Assembly (NCBI GenBank): GCA_020891255.1
Contig: BQFW01000005.1
Location: forward strand, 1,178,001 to 1,242,000
Direction of reading: 5' to 3'
Length of the DNA: 64,000 nt
From: Entomortierella parvispora E1425
Taxonomy: Eukaryota; Fungi; Mortierellomycota
Numbering within the stretch: the first letter of the stretch is position 1; each line of letters opens with the position of its first letter. Under the pieces are notes generated by a model, which was not told the DNA's origin, ran no database searches, and saw nothing but the letters and a program-made list of their open reading frames with translations. The position numbers and the translations under genes are program-made. Below, in pieces: positions 9,358 through 19,396 of this stretch.

Positions 9358-9662
9358 TGTTGCGTACGGGGGCAGGCTTGAGGGGCGCTGTGCGGGATAT
9401 GGCAATCCTAGGTGACGAGTGAGAATCAGACTAAGGGTCGCCGTGCTGGCCTCTGTCAGTATCGATCAATGTGGAATAAGACGGATCATGTATTGGTAAT
9501 AATAAATAATGAGAGGGCTGCTACCTAAGGGTCGCCGTGCTGGCCTCTGTCAGTATCGATCAATGTGAATAAGACGGATAAAGAGCAGAGGGCCACGCCG
9601 TGCGAGCAACTACATATAGTGGTTCTACTTAAGGGTGTATCGTACCGTCCTGGCCATCAACA
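9358..9662 (-). repeat. 3' LTR (305 bp) with an internal ~56-bp direct repeat (9431-9486 and 9525-9579)
   Basis: Direct comparison with 13033-13338. Confidence 0.95.
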
Positions 9663-10209
9663 CCCCCCCAAGATGTGAACCCGGCCTCTGGCAGTTCACA
9701 GCTTCAATGCGCTCTTCTTTCCACCACCTCTTTAACATATCTCTAGTCAACTTTTCCACACCATTAATAATATCATAATTTGGTCCTCCCGTGCGCACGC
9801 CGTAGGACCCTGCCTTTCCTACCCATGCTACCTTGAATGGTCCTAACCAACGCGGTGTCCACTGGCGGCCAATTCCAGACGTGATAGATAGGTTATACAC
9901 CCATACTTGTTCTCCAACCTCGAAGGAGGCAGGTCGAACGTTCAGGTCGCAGTACCTCTTCGTCCACTCATTAGCCTTGAGACGGTTCAGATACGCTTGT
10001 TCCTGGATGCCTTCTCGTTGACAGGCAAATCTGGCCATCACTTCTCGGTCTTCAGTCAACTGCTCAGCAATAGGGGCTGCCTCTTGCCATTGTTGCGCCA
10101 GGCGTCGGCTCAACGCCGACTGCCCGATGTATCCCATCAGCGCTTGCATCGGGGACATTCCTGTTGCTGCCTCAACGTGGTTGTCGATGTCGGGCACAGC
10201 CTGCGGCAA
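9625..10209 (-). pseudogene. Integrase C-terminal (GPY/F) region, cut off by one in-frame TAG at 10222-10224
   Basis: FEVGEQVWV...PRWLGPFKV motif. It is in the same frame as 10222-12996 (PQN*LDQYLPQAV), consistent with TGG->TAG. Confidence 0.8.
9663..9669 (-). promoter_or_regulatory. Polypurine tract (G7)
   Basis: The minus strand reads TTGGGGGGG|TGTTGATGG into the 3' LTR. Confidence 0.75.
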
Positions 10210-10221
10210 ATACTGGTCCAG

Positions 10222-12996
10222 CTAGTTCTGCGGCACTCTGGAGGTCAGTCTCAATCTCTCTTCTAGCTGCTTATTCATCGCTTCCACTGACCCCTGACTG
10301 TGTGGTTCTTTTGTGGACCCCACAAAGTGTTGGATGTCGGACACCTCACATATTGTTTTGAACTCGGTCCTGAACGCTGATCCACCATCTGTTCGAATCG
10401 TGTCAGGCATATCAAACCTGCAAAGGACGCGCTGGAACAATACTGTGGTAACGCTCCCAGCCGTCTTGTCTCTGATGAGCCAACTTCCTCGCTCGGTTAC
10501 TTTGCTCAATCCGATATAAGCGACACACTTCCGAATGTTGCCATCTTCCTTTGGTGCAAAGGACAAGGGTGCGCACCATTCAGATTCCGTAGGAATGATC
10601 CTGCTAGTCTCTAGTTCCTCGTCGAGATTCTTTTTCGTGTATTCTTTTTCCTTCGGCGCGTACTGTCTGCATCCGGTGGGATAGATCGGTTTTGCTCCTG
10701 GCCTGACATTCATCTCACGCTCAAGCACGTTGGTGACCTCCAACTCGCTCAGATCCATGGTGAATCGGTCTTTGTTGCACTCTAATAGTACGTCGACCTC
10801 ACTGTGCTGTTCGGGGGACAACTCCTTCACGACGTCTATCACTCCATTGCTCTCGACCTGGACCTCTTGCACTCGCAACGAGTGGCCTTGCTCGACTTCG
10901 TCGTCTTCGTCAAAAACCGGGTAGATATTGTCGTCGTCCTCGCTACCTGAGTCGTCACTGCTCGAGTCATCGCTACTCTCGAAAGTGGGGTCGATTCCTA
11001 GCTTGACCTTCTTGCCATTCCGAGTGACGTAGTATGCCACAGCGTTGCTGGTCCACTTCCCTTTCGCACGGACAGCTTTCAGCCAGTCGTCACCAAGCAA
11101 CATATCGTACGATCGCTTGCAGTCGATGACGTTCATACCTCTACTCATCTCTACCTCGGTGCCAGCTACCGAGAATGTAAATTGTCCGGTAGTGCCCACC
11201 AAGGAAATAGGTATCCCGTCGGCCTGTCTGATCTGGTTTACGGTGGCACGCACCTCCAGACCAACTTGCCTGGCAGCATGCTCTGAAATCATGGTCTTCT
11301 CGTTGCCTGGGTCGACGATGCAGTTGTCCAATCGGTGGTGGCCTATCCATGCCGTAACCTGGTCTCCCGCTTGAACACTGGCGCGATTCGCGAACGTTAC
11401 TCCTCGCTTCTCCTTGGCAACCTTGCGTTTGTTTCGACGCTCCGTCCAAATCGCTCCTATGGCAGCCTTCAATTGTGGGGCCATCCTTCCTCGGTGCTTG
11501 TCCATGATCTCAGGGTCGAATTCTAACTCTTCGACTTGTCGTATGATCTCGGGGTCTGGCACAACTGGAATGCGAACTTTCCTCAACTTCATTGCGGCAA
11601 TCTCCTTGATCTTTAGCTTTCTCGGCATCTGGGGTCCCTCCTGTGGTTGTTCCTGTTCGACCTCTGGGTCCACATCCATTCTTCGAATAGGTGGCGCTAC
11701 CCCTGCGGTCTCGGCTCTCCTCTGGGATCCTATCCCCGTTGGCACACTGCTCCGATCTGCACTATTTCTTTGCAGAGTCCCTGAAACTGGTGCTGTTCGT
11801 CCCGTGGCTCTCGTGGTCACAAGAGTACTAGTGGTTTCGTCTCCATTAACAAATCGAACCCGCCTCGACGAATCTTGCTCTGCTCTCGAATTCAGCTCTG
11901 TTTGTGCAACCGTTGTGTTCGCTCTGTTGTTTGGACAGTTATACGAAATATGACCCAGCTGGCCACAATTGCGACATTCCACTCGGGGGCAACGGGTTCG
12001 CCCATGTCCCATCTGGTTGCATTCGGGGCAAGGTGGATAAGACCCCCCCAGGACTACAGCCGCTCCACTGTTCGGATTACCTTGTATGGGAGGCGCGGGC
12101 GGCGGCGGGATGTTCGCCAACGACACATGCCTCGATAACGAAGTGTTGTGAAGTACTCTTCGGGCAACGTTGACATCGAGCCGCTTGATCGCTTCAGTAA
12201 CTCGGTTCTCTGGCTTGGTTTCGGTGAAGTCGGTGATTGTCCAGGCCCCAAACAACTTGACCAAGTCGTCAATATCTGATGCATTGTTGATAACTTCTTT
12301 CCCGAAATCGTTCTTGAAGCGAGCGAACTGCGGTCGCGATACCGACGTGGTACCCAACAAAATATTGTCTCCTTGGCTTGGAGTCTCTTCCGACCAGTTC
12401 CTATCTCTCAGCTCACGCTGCCTGTCGGGAACGTCCTCCCAGCGGTTGACCTCTCCCAGCTTGGATACATTCTTGATCGTTTCGGCAATAGTCTTGGATG
12501 GCTCTGTGTTCCTCGTCTTGAACTTGTGATCGCGATGGAGACCGGTACAAAACTGAAGGGCGATCATCTCCTCTTCATCTGGACTCAGTTTGTATTTCCC
12601 ATCCTCGTCCTTCGGCAGCATTGCTAACTTCAGCTCCAACCGTTTAACGTAGTCGTCCGAAGGCTCTTTGTCTCCTTGGGTCATTCTCATAATCTCTGCT
12701 TTGGTCGTGGCGGGGGTACGTTCCTGGACATGTTCTTGCGCGAAATCCTTTACTAACTTGGTCCAGTTCTGTTCATTCTCGGGGACAGCGTGTCTCCACC
12801 ATGCCAACCAACTCTTCGTGGGGTCGTCTAACTTGCTCCGAACCACATACAGCTGGAACGAAAATCCTTCGTCGGCCCAAAAGTCTCCTAGCTCGCGGAT
12901 CCATGCTCGAGCGGAAGCTTCGGTTCCCTTCTTGTTGGCTATGGGCCACTTCGGGATCTCATCGGTCAACGCCTTTAACAAATCTGTTTTCACCAT
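10222..12996 (-). CDS. Gag-protease polyprotein fused in frame to an RT N-terminal stub and the integrase core
   Basis: Gag (TQGDKEPSDDYVKRLE), two CCHC knuckles (CPECNQMGHGRTRC, CRNCGQLGHISYNC), protease (IVDPG...LLGDDWL), RT start (SEWCAPLSFAPKEDGNIRKCVAY), then IN core (IRTDGGSAF...QGSVEAMNKQL). Confidence 0.9.
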   Translation of the reverse strand: MVKTDLLKALTDEIPKWPIANKKGTEASARAWIRELGDFWADEGFSFQLYVVRSKLDDPTKSWLAWWRHAVPENEQNWTKLVKDFAQEHVQERTPATTKAEIMRMTQGDKEPSDDYVKRLELKLAMLPKDEDGKYKLSPDEEEMIALQFCTGLHRDHKFKTRNTEPSKTIAETIKNVSKLGEVNRWEDVPDRQRELRDRNWSEETPSQGDNILLGTTSVSRPQFARFKNDFGKEVINNASDIDDLVKLFGAWTITDFTETKPENRVTEAIKRLDVNVARRVLHNTSLSRHVSLANIPPPPAPPIQGNPNSGAAVVLGGSYPPCPECNQMGHGRTRCPRVECRNCGQLGHISYNCPNNRANTTVAQTELNSRAEQDSSRRVRFVNGDETTSTLVTTRATGRTAPVSGTLQRNSADRSSVPTGIGSQRRAETAGVAPPIRRMDVDPEVEQEQPQEGPQMPRKLKIKEIAAMKLRKVRIPVVPDPEIIRQVEELEFDPEIMDKHRGRMAPQLKAAIGAIWTERRNKRKVAKEKRGVTFANRASVQAGDQVTAWIGHHRLDNCIVDPGNEKTMISEHAARQVGLEVRATVNQIRQADGIPISLVGTTGQFTFSVAGTEVEMSRGMNVIDCKRSYDMLLGDDWLKAVRAKGKWTSNAVAYYVTRNGKKVKLGIDPTFESSDDSSSDDSGSEDDDNIYPVFDEDDEVEQGHSLRVQEVQVESNGVIDVVKELSPEQHSEVDVLLECNKDRFTMDLSELEVTNVLEREMNVRPGAKPIYPTGCRQYAPKEKEYTKKNLDEELETSRIIPTESEWCAPLSFAPKEDGNIRKCVAYIGLSKVTERGSWLIRDKTAGSVTTVLFQRVLCRFDMPDTIRTDGGSAFRTEFKTICEVSDIQHFVGSTKEPHSQGSVEAMNKQLEERLRLTSRVPQN

Positions 12997-13008
12997 CGTC
13001 CCTTCCCT

Positions 13009-13026
13009 CCCCTGCGTAGATCACCA
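13009..13026 (-). promoter_or_regulatory. Candidate primer-binding site
   Basis: TGGTGATCTACGCAGGGG starts 6 nt after the 5' LTR. The TGG start is complementary to a tRNA CCA end; the tRNA was not identified. Confidence 0.45.
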
Positions 13027-13032
13027 AAAGAC

Positions 13033-13338
13033 TGTTGCGTACGGGGGCAGGCTTGAGGGGCGCTGTGCGGGATATGGCAATCCTAGGTGACGAGTGAGAA
13101 TCAGACTAAGGGTCGCCGTGCTGGCCTCTGTCAGTATCGATCAATGTGGAATAAGACGGATCATGTATTGGTAATAATAAATAATGAGAGGGCTGCTACC
13201 TAAGGGTCGCCGTGCTGGCCTCTGTCAGTATCGATCAATGTGGAATAAGACGGATAAAGAGCAGAGGGCCACGCCGTGCGAGCAACTACATATAGTGGTT
13301 CTACTTAAGGGTGTATCGTACCGTCCTGGCCATCAACA
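13033..13338 (-). repeat. 5' LTR (306 bp)
   Basis: Direct repeat of 9358-9662 with TG...CA termini. Confidence 0.95.
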
Positions 13339-14032
13339 TCCTCTTGTCGCGGCACGTGACAATGGCGATATTTCCTTGCGGTGTAGGAAATAAGCCTAGA
13401 GTGCATGGCGCGTTCACGTTTTGGGCGCCCAGGTTGCTGTGAGGAAGGGACCATGAAAAGAAAAGAGGAGTCAAGACCTGATAATCGTTGCTAAGTGCAG
13501 CGGTGTATCTGCTTGTTCCCGCACAAAGGCAAAACTGACCACAGTGCAAGGGCTTGGTCGACTGCATGCTCCACGCGAGACTGAAGGCAAGGCCAAGGCA
13601 AAGCTGAAAAGCAAGGCAAAGCAACGCCTTTTTTTAAACTCTCCGACTGTGTCCATCTTGCTCCTTGCCTCCATCTTCCATCTCTTCACTGTTTCATTTT
13701 ACATTTACCATTCATCGTGTCCCCCATCTGATTACGATTTGCAATTCCAGTTTACCAAGCACGGTGGTAAGCTCGGCCCCACCTCCTCGTTTGAAGCATA
13801 AGTGGCAAAACCTTGCTCGTGAGGAATGGGTGTTTACTTTTCAAAAAAAAATATATTCAAGTAGGATACGAGGACCAGCACACTGCGACTGCTTCTTGAA
13901 GATAGCTCTAAAATGGGGAAACATTCAACAATATCAAGTCCCGCCGAGGTACAAGGAGGACAGTCCTCGCAGGCTTCAGATATAATGGAACAGAACAATA
14001 ACAAGCTCTGTTTACTCTTCTAGGACACAGCA

Positions 14033-17000
14033 ATGGTGACCTTACCAGGGATTGTATCCCATCCCAATCAGGTGCACGTTCAGGATTCGATTTCAGCATC
14101 TTCCAGTACTCAATTGAGCGACAGGGAAAACATCAACAGCAACCAAGACCCATTCTGTTCAACGCGGGCATCAGTTCCCATTCCACCAGCCAGCCCACTC
14201 GAGATCACTGTCCAGTCTACTTCAGTCAATTTTCCTCAGACTATGTCACTTCCTGTAGTTGGTCTGACTGGATCCAGTTTCAAAGTTCCCACTGTTACAG
14301 CAATCACATCTAGTCTCCCAGGAACCTCTTGCTTGTCTACTGAACTGTCAGAAATGAACTTTGCCGATGCAGACACTCTCAGGACCCAAGGTCAGAGCAC
14401 AGCTATCATGAGTGGCATAGAAGCTTCTCAACTGTCAATGACCTTGAATACTGATTTTTCTAAGTCGTCTCTCTCCATTTCAAACGCCTTGCCTTCAATG
14501 ACTTCTGCAGAAGTTGATTGTTTGGCTGCAGAAAAGACACCTCCTCCTACTGCTGTGCCCCGCGACGCTGATTCAATCGAGGACACTCCTCAGCTTTTCC
14601 TCTGCGGTCTCCTCCTACGTAATGAAGATAGCAACCCAAGGGCCTTTTTGATGCCATTACCAACACCTGCTTTCTCCAAACAAGACATCAATGAAGAGGA
14701 GTGGCTCCAGTATATGGAGCACAATCCGTTGGAGAAAAATCATGTCTACAATCTGATCACCCGAATGGTCACCAAGTTCGTGGCAGACCCTACTTGGGAG
14801 CAGGACTCCATCCGAGAGGTTGTTCTTATCGCTCCTCTTCTGGACAAGAATCATCACCGCCAACTCGTCAGGATCTTTCTTCAAGAATTTCAACACAGCA
14901 GTCCGTTGGACATCAGCGTACTTCATGGGCTCGCTCAGTTGGCTAGAGATGGACCCCTCGGCTGCCTAGCACCCAACGATCTTACCAGCATCCTAATATC
15001 ACTCAGGGAACGTTTGGAAAGAGCGGCATCTGGAAAGGATACAAGTGAAACCATACACTTGATTCGTGCAACCACAGTCCTGCTCACAACTTTGTCCACC
15101 GCTCTGTCAAAGGACCAAACTAGACTGGAGCATGAGCCGTTGTTCGGGATCTTGTCTACTCTGCGAAAGCACAGGGACCCTCTCGTCAAGTTCCCTTCTA
15201 GATACGCGAGGCAACTATTGATTTCAATCTCCGATCAGGGAGCCAGCCGGAAACAATGGTTTCTGGATGTCCAGAAAACAAAGGAATTTGTGCAGAACCG
15301 CCTCTTCTCGGACCTGAACGATCTGATCCATGAAGGGCCTAGCACTGGAAACGCCAACTTTCAGTGGCACGTCTGCCAGCTTCTCGGAGAGGTTTCAGTG
15401 GATCATACTTGGAGCGAGGATATTCGCCACCAAACCGTCATGCTCCTCCTCGAGTATGCCAAGGACAAAGGAACTGTGAAATGCGGTCAAGACATCAAGA
15501 GATGGGCGTTCACAATTGTTCGACGCATCTCGGAACTATCAACACCATCAACCCCTGCAGGATCCTGCCACCTTCAAGTCACCAACAATGAGGCGATCAG
15601 CACAAAAAAACAGGGCTTGGATTTCGGTTCAGTCAAGGGAAGTCTCGAGCCTTTCGACTTTGCACACCCATTGACGAGTAGTCTGCCTCTTCCCGCAAGC
15701 TCTCCGCTCTTACACAAAGTCATCACCGATCCAGATGTTGAGGTTGCTATTGACCGTCTCCTCCGCCATCGAACCAGAGAGTATGACACTCGAGCAGTGT
15801 ATATCCAGTTGTTGTCGAAACGTAGCATTCAGTCGTCGGAGGACGACTTGGTTGAGCTGCAGGAACGAGCAAAGATGTTTCTCGGAAGCAAAAGTGAGGT
15901 TCTCCTCGTGCTTGGAGACTCTGGCGCTGGAAAGACAACGTTCGGCATGCACCTGGAGAACGAACTCTGGACTGAATACAAACCAGGAGGACGCATTCCA
16001 CTGTTCATTGATTTAAAGACAATTGACAAACAGGATAGGGATATGATCGGTCAGCACTTGGACGACCTAGGCTTTTTCACAGTCCAACAAATCGAGGACA
16101 TGCGGAAATCGCGGCAGTTTGTTCTGATATGTGATGGATACGACGAATTGCACAAGTGGACCAACCTCCACACCATAAGCCAGTTCAACAAACCTCGTCA
16201 GTGGCAAGTCCAGATGATTATCAGCTGTCGCACCCAATATCTTGGCCCAAACTATCGCCACTACTTTGAACCTGAATCCAGATCCCTTAGCAACCCAGAC
16301 TTTTCTCATCAGTCCGAACTGTTCGAAGAGGCCGTGATTGTCCCTTTCAGGAGTGATCAGATTGAGGAATATGTCGAACTGTTCACCCAAGCGCCTAAAA
16401 CTTACGAGTACCCTAGCAACTATATCGAGTGGAACACGGAGCAGTACATGGATCGAATCAAGAGTATCACTCACTTGATGGAACTGGCCAAGAATCCTTT
16501 CATGCTCAAGATGATCTTGGATGTCCTTCCAAGAATCGCCAGAACAACAACCAAGATGACACGAGTCGAGCTCTACGACCAATTTGTGGAGCTTCATTTC
16601 GAATCGGAGCACCAGCGACTGCTGAAGCAACAATCCAGTGGAAGAATGGATAATGGTACAATCTCAGTGTTCACTTCACTCAAAGACAATGAGCTCTTCG
16701 ATCTTGGACTGCATTTCTCTAAACAACTCTCGCATCACATATTCAAAGATCTGAAGGGAGTCAATTCGGTGACCTACTCGATCGCCGTGGATGCTGGATC
16801 ATGGAAGGAGAGATTCTTTGGTGCAGATAATCGAACCAAGCTACTGCGACAGACGGCTCAATTGGTCTCCCGTGAAAATAATCAGGACCCTCGCCGACTG
16901 ATCCGTCACGATGTTCGTCCCTCTCGCAAACGAAACTCGTACGAATTCAGCCATCGATCGATATTAGAGTACTTTTACTCGTGCTTGATCTTTGATCCAA

Positions 17001-19396
17001 GGGGAAACTCGCCTCCGTTGGACCTTGCGACATGTCTCCATTCAACCGACAGTCCTTTGCCCGTCATCAACCATCCAATTGGCCAAACCAATATTGTGTC
17101 GGAGCAGTCGATCATTCACTTTTTGGCAGAGCGTGCAGATCAGAGTGGAGCATTCCATGATCAACTCCAGGATATTGTGGAACTCTCCAAGGCTGAGAAG
17201 GCGACGGCCACGGCCGCTTCCAATGCCATCACGATTTTGGTACAATCCGGACAGCGATTCAGCGGCGCAGATCTCAGAGGAATCCAGGTTCCTGGGGCAG
17301 ATATGAGCTGCGGCAACTTTGATTCAGCTCAGCTCCAAGGCGCGGATTTGAGCAATACCACACTCCGAAACGTTTGGATGCGCCAGGCAGACTTAAGCAA
17401 TTCCCGCATGGAGGGAGTTCAATTTGGAGAATATCCGTATATTGATGCCGGTGAAGAAGTTAGAGCGTGCACCTTTTCGCCTGATGGGAGGTTCTTGGCT
17501 GCTGGCCTCCATAGCGGCAAAGTTGACATATACGACGCGTCAACCTTGAAAAGAGTGCATGAAAGTGTTGAAACTATCAGGGATTTAGAAACTGGTGACC
17601 TCGATTCAACCTTGGATGACCTCTACCTGAGGAGTGTAAGCTGTTTAGCGTATTCACCAAACGGCTACCAGATGGCCGTAGGAAGCGATAGCAAATCTGT
17701 TCATGTACTGGATACGCAGACTGGAGCTTTTATCGCAGCCTTAAGTGATCATAACGACAGAGTATCCGGCTTGGCTTATTCACCCAGTGGTCTCCAGATT
17801 GCCTCAGGCGGCGAAGACCAGTCCTTGCGCGTATGGGATATACAGACACGGACACTTGTGTTGAACCTGAGAGGTCACACTAGAAAAATTAATGCTGTGG
17901 CGTATTCACCCAGCGGCCACCAGATCGCATCGGGCAGCTGGGACAAGACAGTGCGATTGTGGGATGCACAGACTGGTGTTCGTAGTCACATGCTGATTGG
18001 CCATGAAGGGAGTGTCGCATGTGTGGTCTATTCACCAAATGGTCTACAAATCGCCTCAGGGAGCGAGGACAAGACAATACGGTTGTGGGATGCAGAGACT
18101 GGAGCTCTCAGCTTTGTCTTGAGCGGACATTCACGCATCGTCTGTTCGCTAGCATATTCACCCAGGGGTCACCTAATCGCCTCATGCAGCACGGACGAGA
18201 CAGCGCGAATGTGGGACGTACAAAATGGAGCTCATATTTCAACCTTTGGTGGACACACTGGTGGTATTGATTCCATTTCTTACTCACCAAGTGGCCACCA
18301 TATCGCCACGGCAAGTTGGGATACAACTATTCGGCTCTGGGAAGCAGAGCCCAAAGGACTTAGCAAGACTTCGAGTGGCCATGGCGACGGTGTTAACTCC
18401 GTGGTGTACTCAACAAGCGGGAACTCTATCGTCACAAGCAGCTGGGATGAGACTGTACGAGTGTGGGATGCACAAACCGGCGCCCTCCACTGCACCCTGG
18501 GTGGTCATAAGGGCGGCGCTACTTCAGCAGCGTTTTCACCATGTGGACGCCATATCGCGTCAAGCAGTTACGACAAGATTGTGCGGCTGTGGAATGCACA
18601 GGCTGGTACTCTCGACTCATCTTTGCTTGGCCACACTGAAAACGTGGCTTCTGTGATGTACTCACCAACCGGAAATCAGATTGCTTCAGGCAGTTGGGAC
18701 ATGACTGTACGACTGTGGGATGCACGAACAGGCAGCCTTCAACACTCCTTGAGCGGCCACACTGGTGCTGTTAGCTTTGTCAAGTACTCACCTTGCGGCC
18801 ATCAAGTTGCCTCTTGCAGCTTAGACAACACAGTGCGACTGTGGGATGTGCAGACAGGTGCTTGTATTTTAACATTGACTAGCCACACCAAAGGCGTAAC
18901 ATCCGTTGCGTATTCATCGAGCGGCCATCAAATCGCCTCAAGCAGTAAAGACAAAACTGTGAAGCTGTGGGATACACAATCCGGAGCCCTTTTATTCACC
19001 CTAAGCGGCCACACTGATGCTGTTAGGTCAGTGGCATACTCACCCAACGGTCATCAGGTCCTTTCAGGTGGTATGGATGAGACCGTGCGACTATGGGACC
19101 TAGATTCTCGTCAATGTATACTTCTGCTGGGTGATTTTAAAGATGGCGTCAACAGTGTTGCTTGGGACCCAATTGTTGACGGTACCTATTTCGCAGTCGG
19201 AGCCTATAACAGGGTTGTCGCCAAGTGGAGGCTTGTCAAGGCTGAGGGGGAAATTCAAGCATTCCTGCACTGGAGATCAATTGCAGACACTCTTGTGTTG
19301 TCGAAGACTCGCATGCAAGGAGTGCAAGGCTTAAGTGGCATGGACATCAGGCTACTACAACAACAGGGAGCTGAAGGCGAGCCAGCAACCGTTTGA
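14033..19396 (+). CDS. Intronless NLR-like protein: ARM-like helical N-terminal domain, NACHT, pentapeptide repeats, 14 WD40 repeats
   Basis: Walker A GDSGAGKTT, Walker B LICDGYDE, NPFML; pentapeptides FSGADLRG...AQLQGADLSNTTL...ADLSNSRMEGVQF; 14 GH...YSP.G..IAS.S.D.TVRLWD-type repeats counted by eye. Confidence 0.93.
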   Translation: MVTLPGIVSHPNQVHVQDSISASSSTQLSDRENINSNQDPFCSTRASVPIPPASPLEITVQSTSVNFPQTMSLPVVGLTGSSFKVPTVTAITSSLPGTSCLSTELSEMNFADADTLRTQGQSTAIMSGIEASQLSMTLNTDFSKSSLSISNALPSMTSAEVDCLAAEKTPPPTAVPRDADSIEDTPQLFLCGLLLRNEDSNPRAFLMPLPTPAFSKQDINEEEWLQYMEHNPLEKNHVYNLITRMVTKFVADPTWEQDSIREVVLIAPLLDKNHHRQLVRIFLQEFQHSSPLDISVLHGLAQLARDGPLGCLAPNDLTSILISLRERLERAASGKDTSETIHLIRATTVLLTTLSTALSKDQTRLEHEPLFGILSTLRKHRDPLVKFPSRYARQLLISISDQGASRKQWFLDVQKTKEFVQNRLFSDLNDLIHEGPSTGNANFQWHVCQLLGEVSVDHTWSEDIRHQTVMLLLEYAKDKGTVKCGQDIKRWAFTIVRRISELSTPSTPAGSCHLQVTNNEAISTKKQGLDFGSVKGSLEPFDFAHPLTSSLPLPASSPLLHKVITDPDVEVAIDRLLRHRTREYDTRAVYIQLLSKRSIQSSEDDLVELQERAKMFLGSKSEVLLVLGDSGAGKTTFGMHLENELWTEYKPGGRIPLFIDLKTIDKQDRDMIGQHLDDLGFFTVQQIEDMRKSRQFVLICDGYDELHKWTNLHTISQFNKPRQWQVQMIISCRTQYLGPNYRHYFEPESRSLSNPDFSHQSELFEEAVIVPFRSDQIEEYVELFTQAPKTYEYPSNYIEWNTEQYMDRIKSITHLMELAKNPFMLKMILDVLPRIARTTTKMTRVELYDQFVELHFESEHQRLLKQQSSGRMDNGTISVFTSLKDNELFDLGLHFSKQLSHHIFKDLKGVNSVTYSIAVDAGSWKERFFGADNRTKLLRQTAQLVSRENNQDPRRLIRHDVRPSRKRNSYEFSHRSILEYFYSCLIFDPRGNSPPLDLATCLHSTDSPLPVINHPIGQTNIVSEQSIIHFLAERADQSGAFHDQLQDIVELSKAEKATATAASNAITILVQSGQRFSGADLRGIQVPGADMSCGNFDSAQLQGADLSNTTLRNVWMRQADLSNSRMEGVQFGEYPYIDAGEEVRACTFSPDGRFLAAGLHSGKVDIYDASTLKRVHESVETIRDLETGDLDSTLDDLYLRSVSCLAYSPNGYQMAVGSDSKSVHVLDTQTGAFIAALSDHNDRVSGLAYSPSGLQIASGGEDQSLRVWDIQTRTLVLNLRGHTRKINAVAYSPSGHQIASGSWDKTVRLWDAQTGVRSHMLIGHEGSVACVVYSPNGLQIASGSEDKTIRLWDAETGALSFVLSGHSRIVCSLAYSPRGHLIASCSTDETARMWDVQNGAHISTFGGHTGGIDSISYSPSGHHIATASWDTTIRLWEAEPKGLSKTSSGHGDGVNSVVYSTSGNSIVTSSWDETVRVWDAQTGALHCTLGGHKGGATSAAFSPCGRHIASSSYDKIVRLWNAQAGTLDSSLLGHTENVASVMYSPTGNQIASGSWDMTVRLWDARTGSLQHSLSGHTGAVSFVKYSPCGHQVASCSLDNTVRLWDVQTGACILTLTSHTKGVTSVAYSSSGHQIASSSKDKTVKLWDTQSGALLFTLSGHTDAVRSVAYSPNGHQVLSGGMDETVRLWDLDSRQCILLLGDFKDGVNSVAWDPIVDGTYFAVGAYNRVVAKWRLVKAEGEIQAFLHWRSIADTLVLSKTRMQGVQGLSGMDIRLLQQQGAEGEPATV

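Larger units (their letters stand above)
9358..13338 (-). mobile_element. Ty3/Gypsy LTR retrotransposon, internally deleted (non-autonomous)
   Basis: TG...CA LTRs at 9358-9662 and 13033-13338 differ by one indel that I could find. 4-bp TSD TCCT at 9354-9357 and 13339-13342. G7 PPT abuts the 3' LTR. Domain order is gag-PR-RT(part)-IN. Confidence 0.95.

Noticed and set aside
9625-10209. Extra env-like ORF in the LTR element
   Set aside because: It is in frame with the integrase core and carries the GPF motif, so it is the integrase C-terminus after a premature stop.
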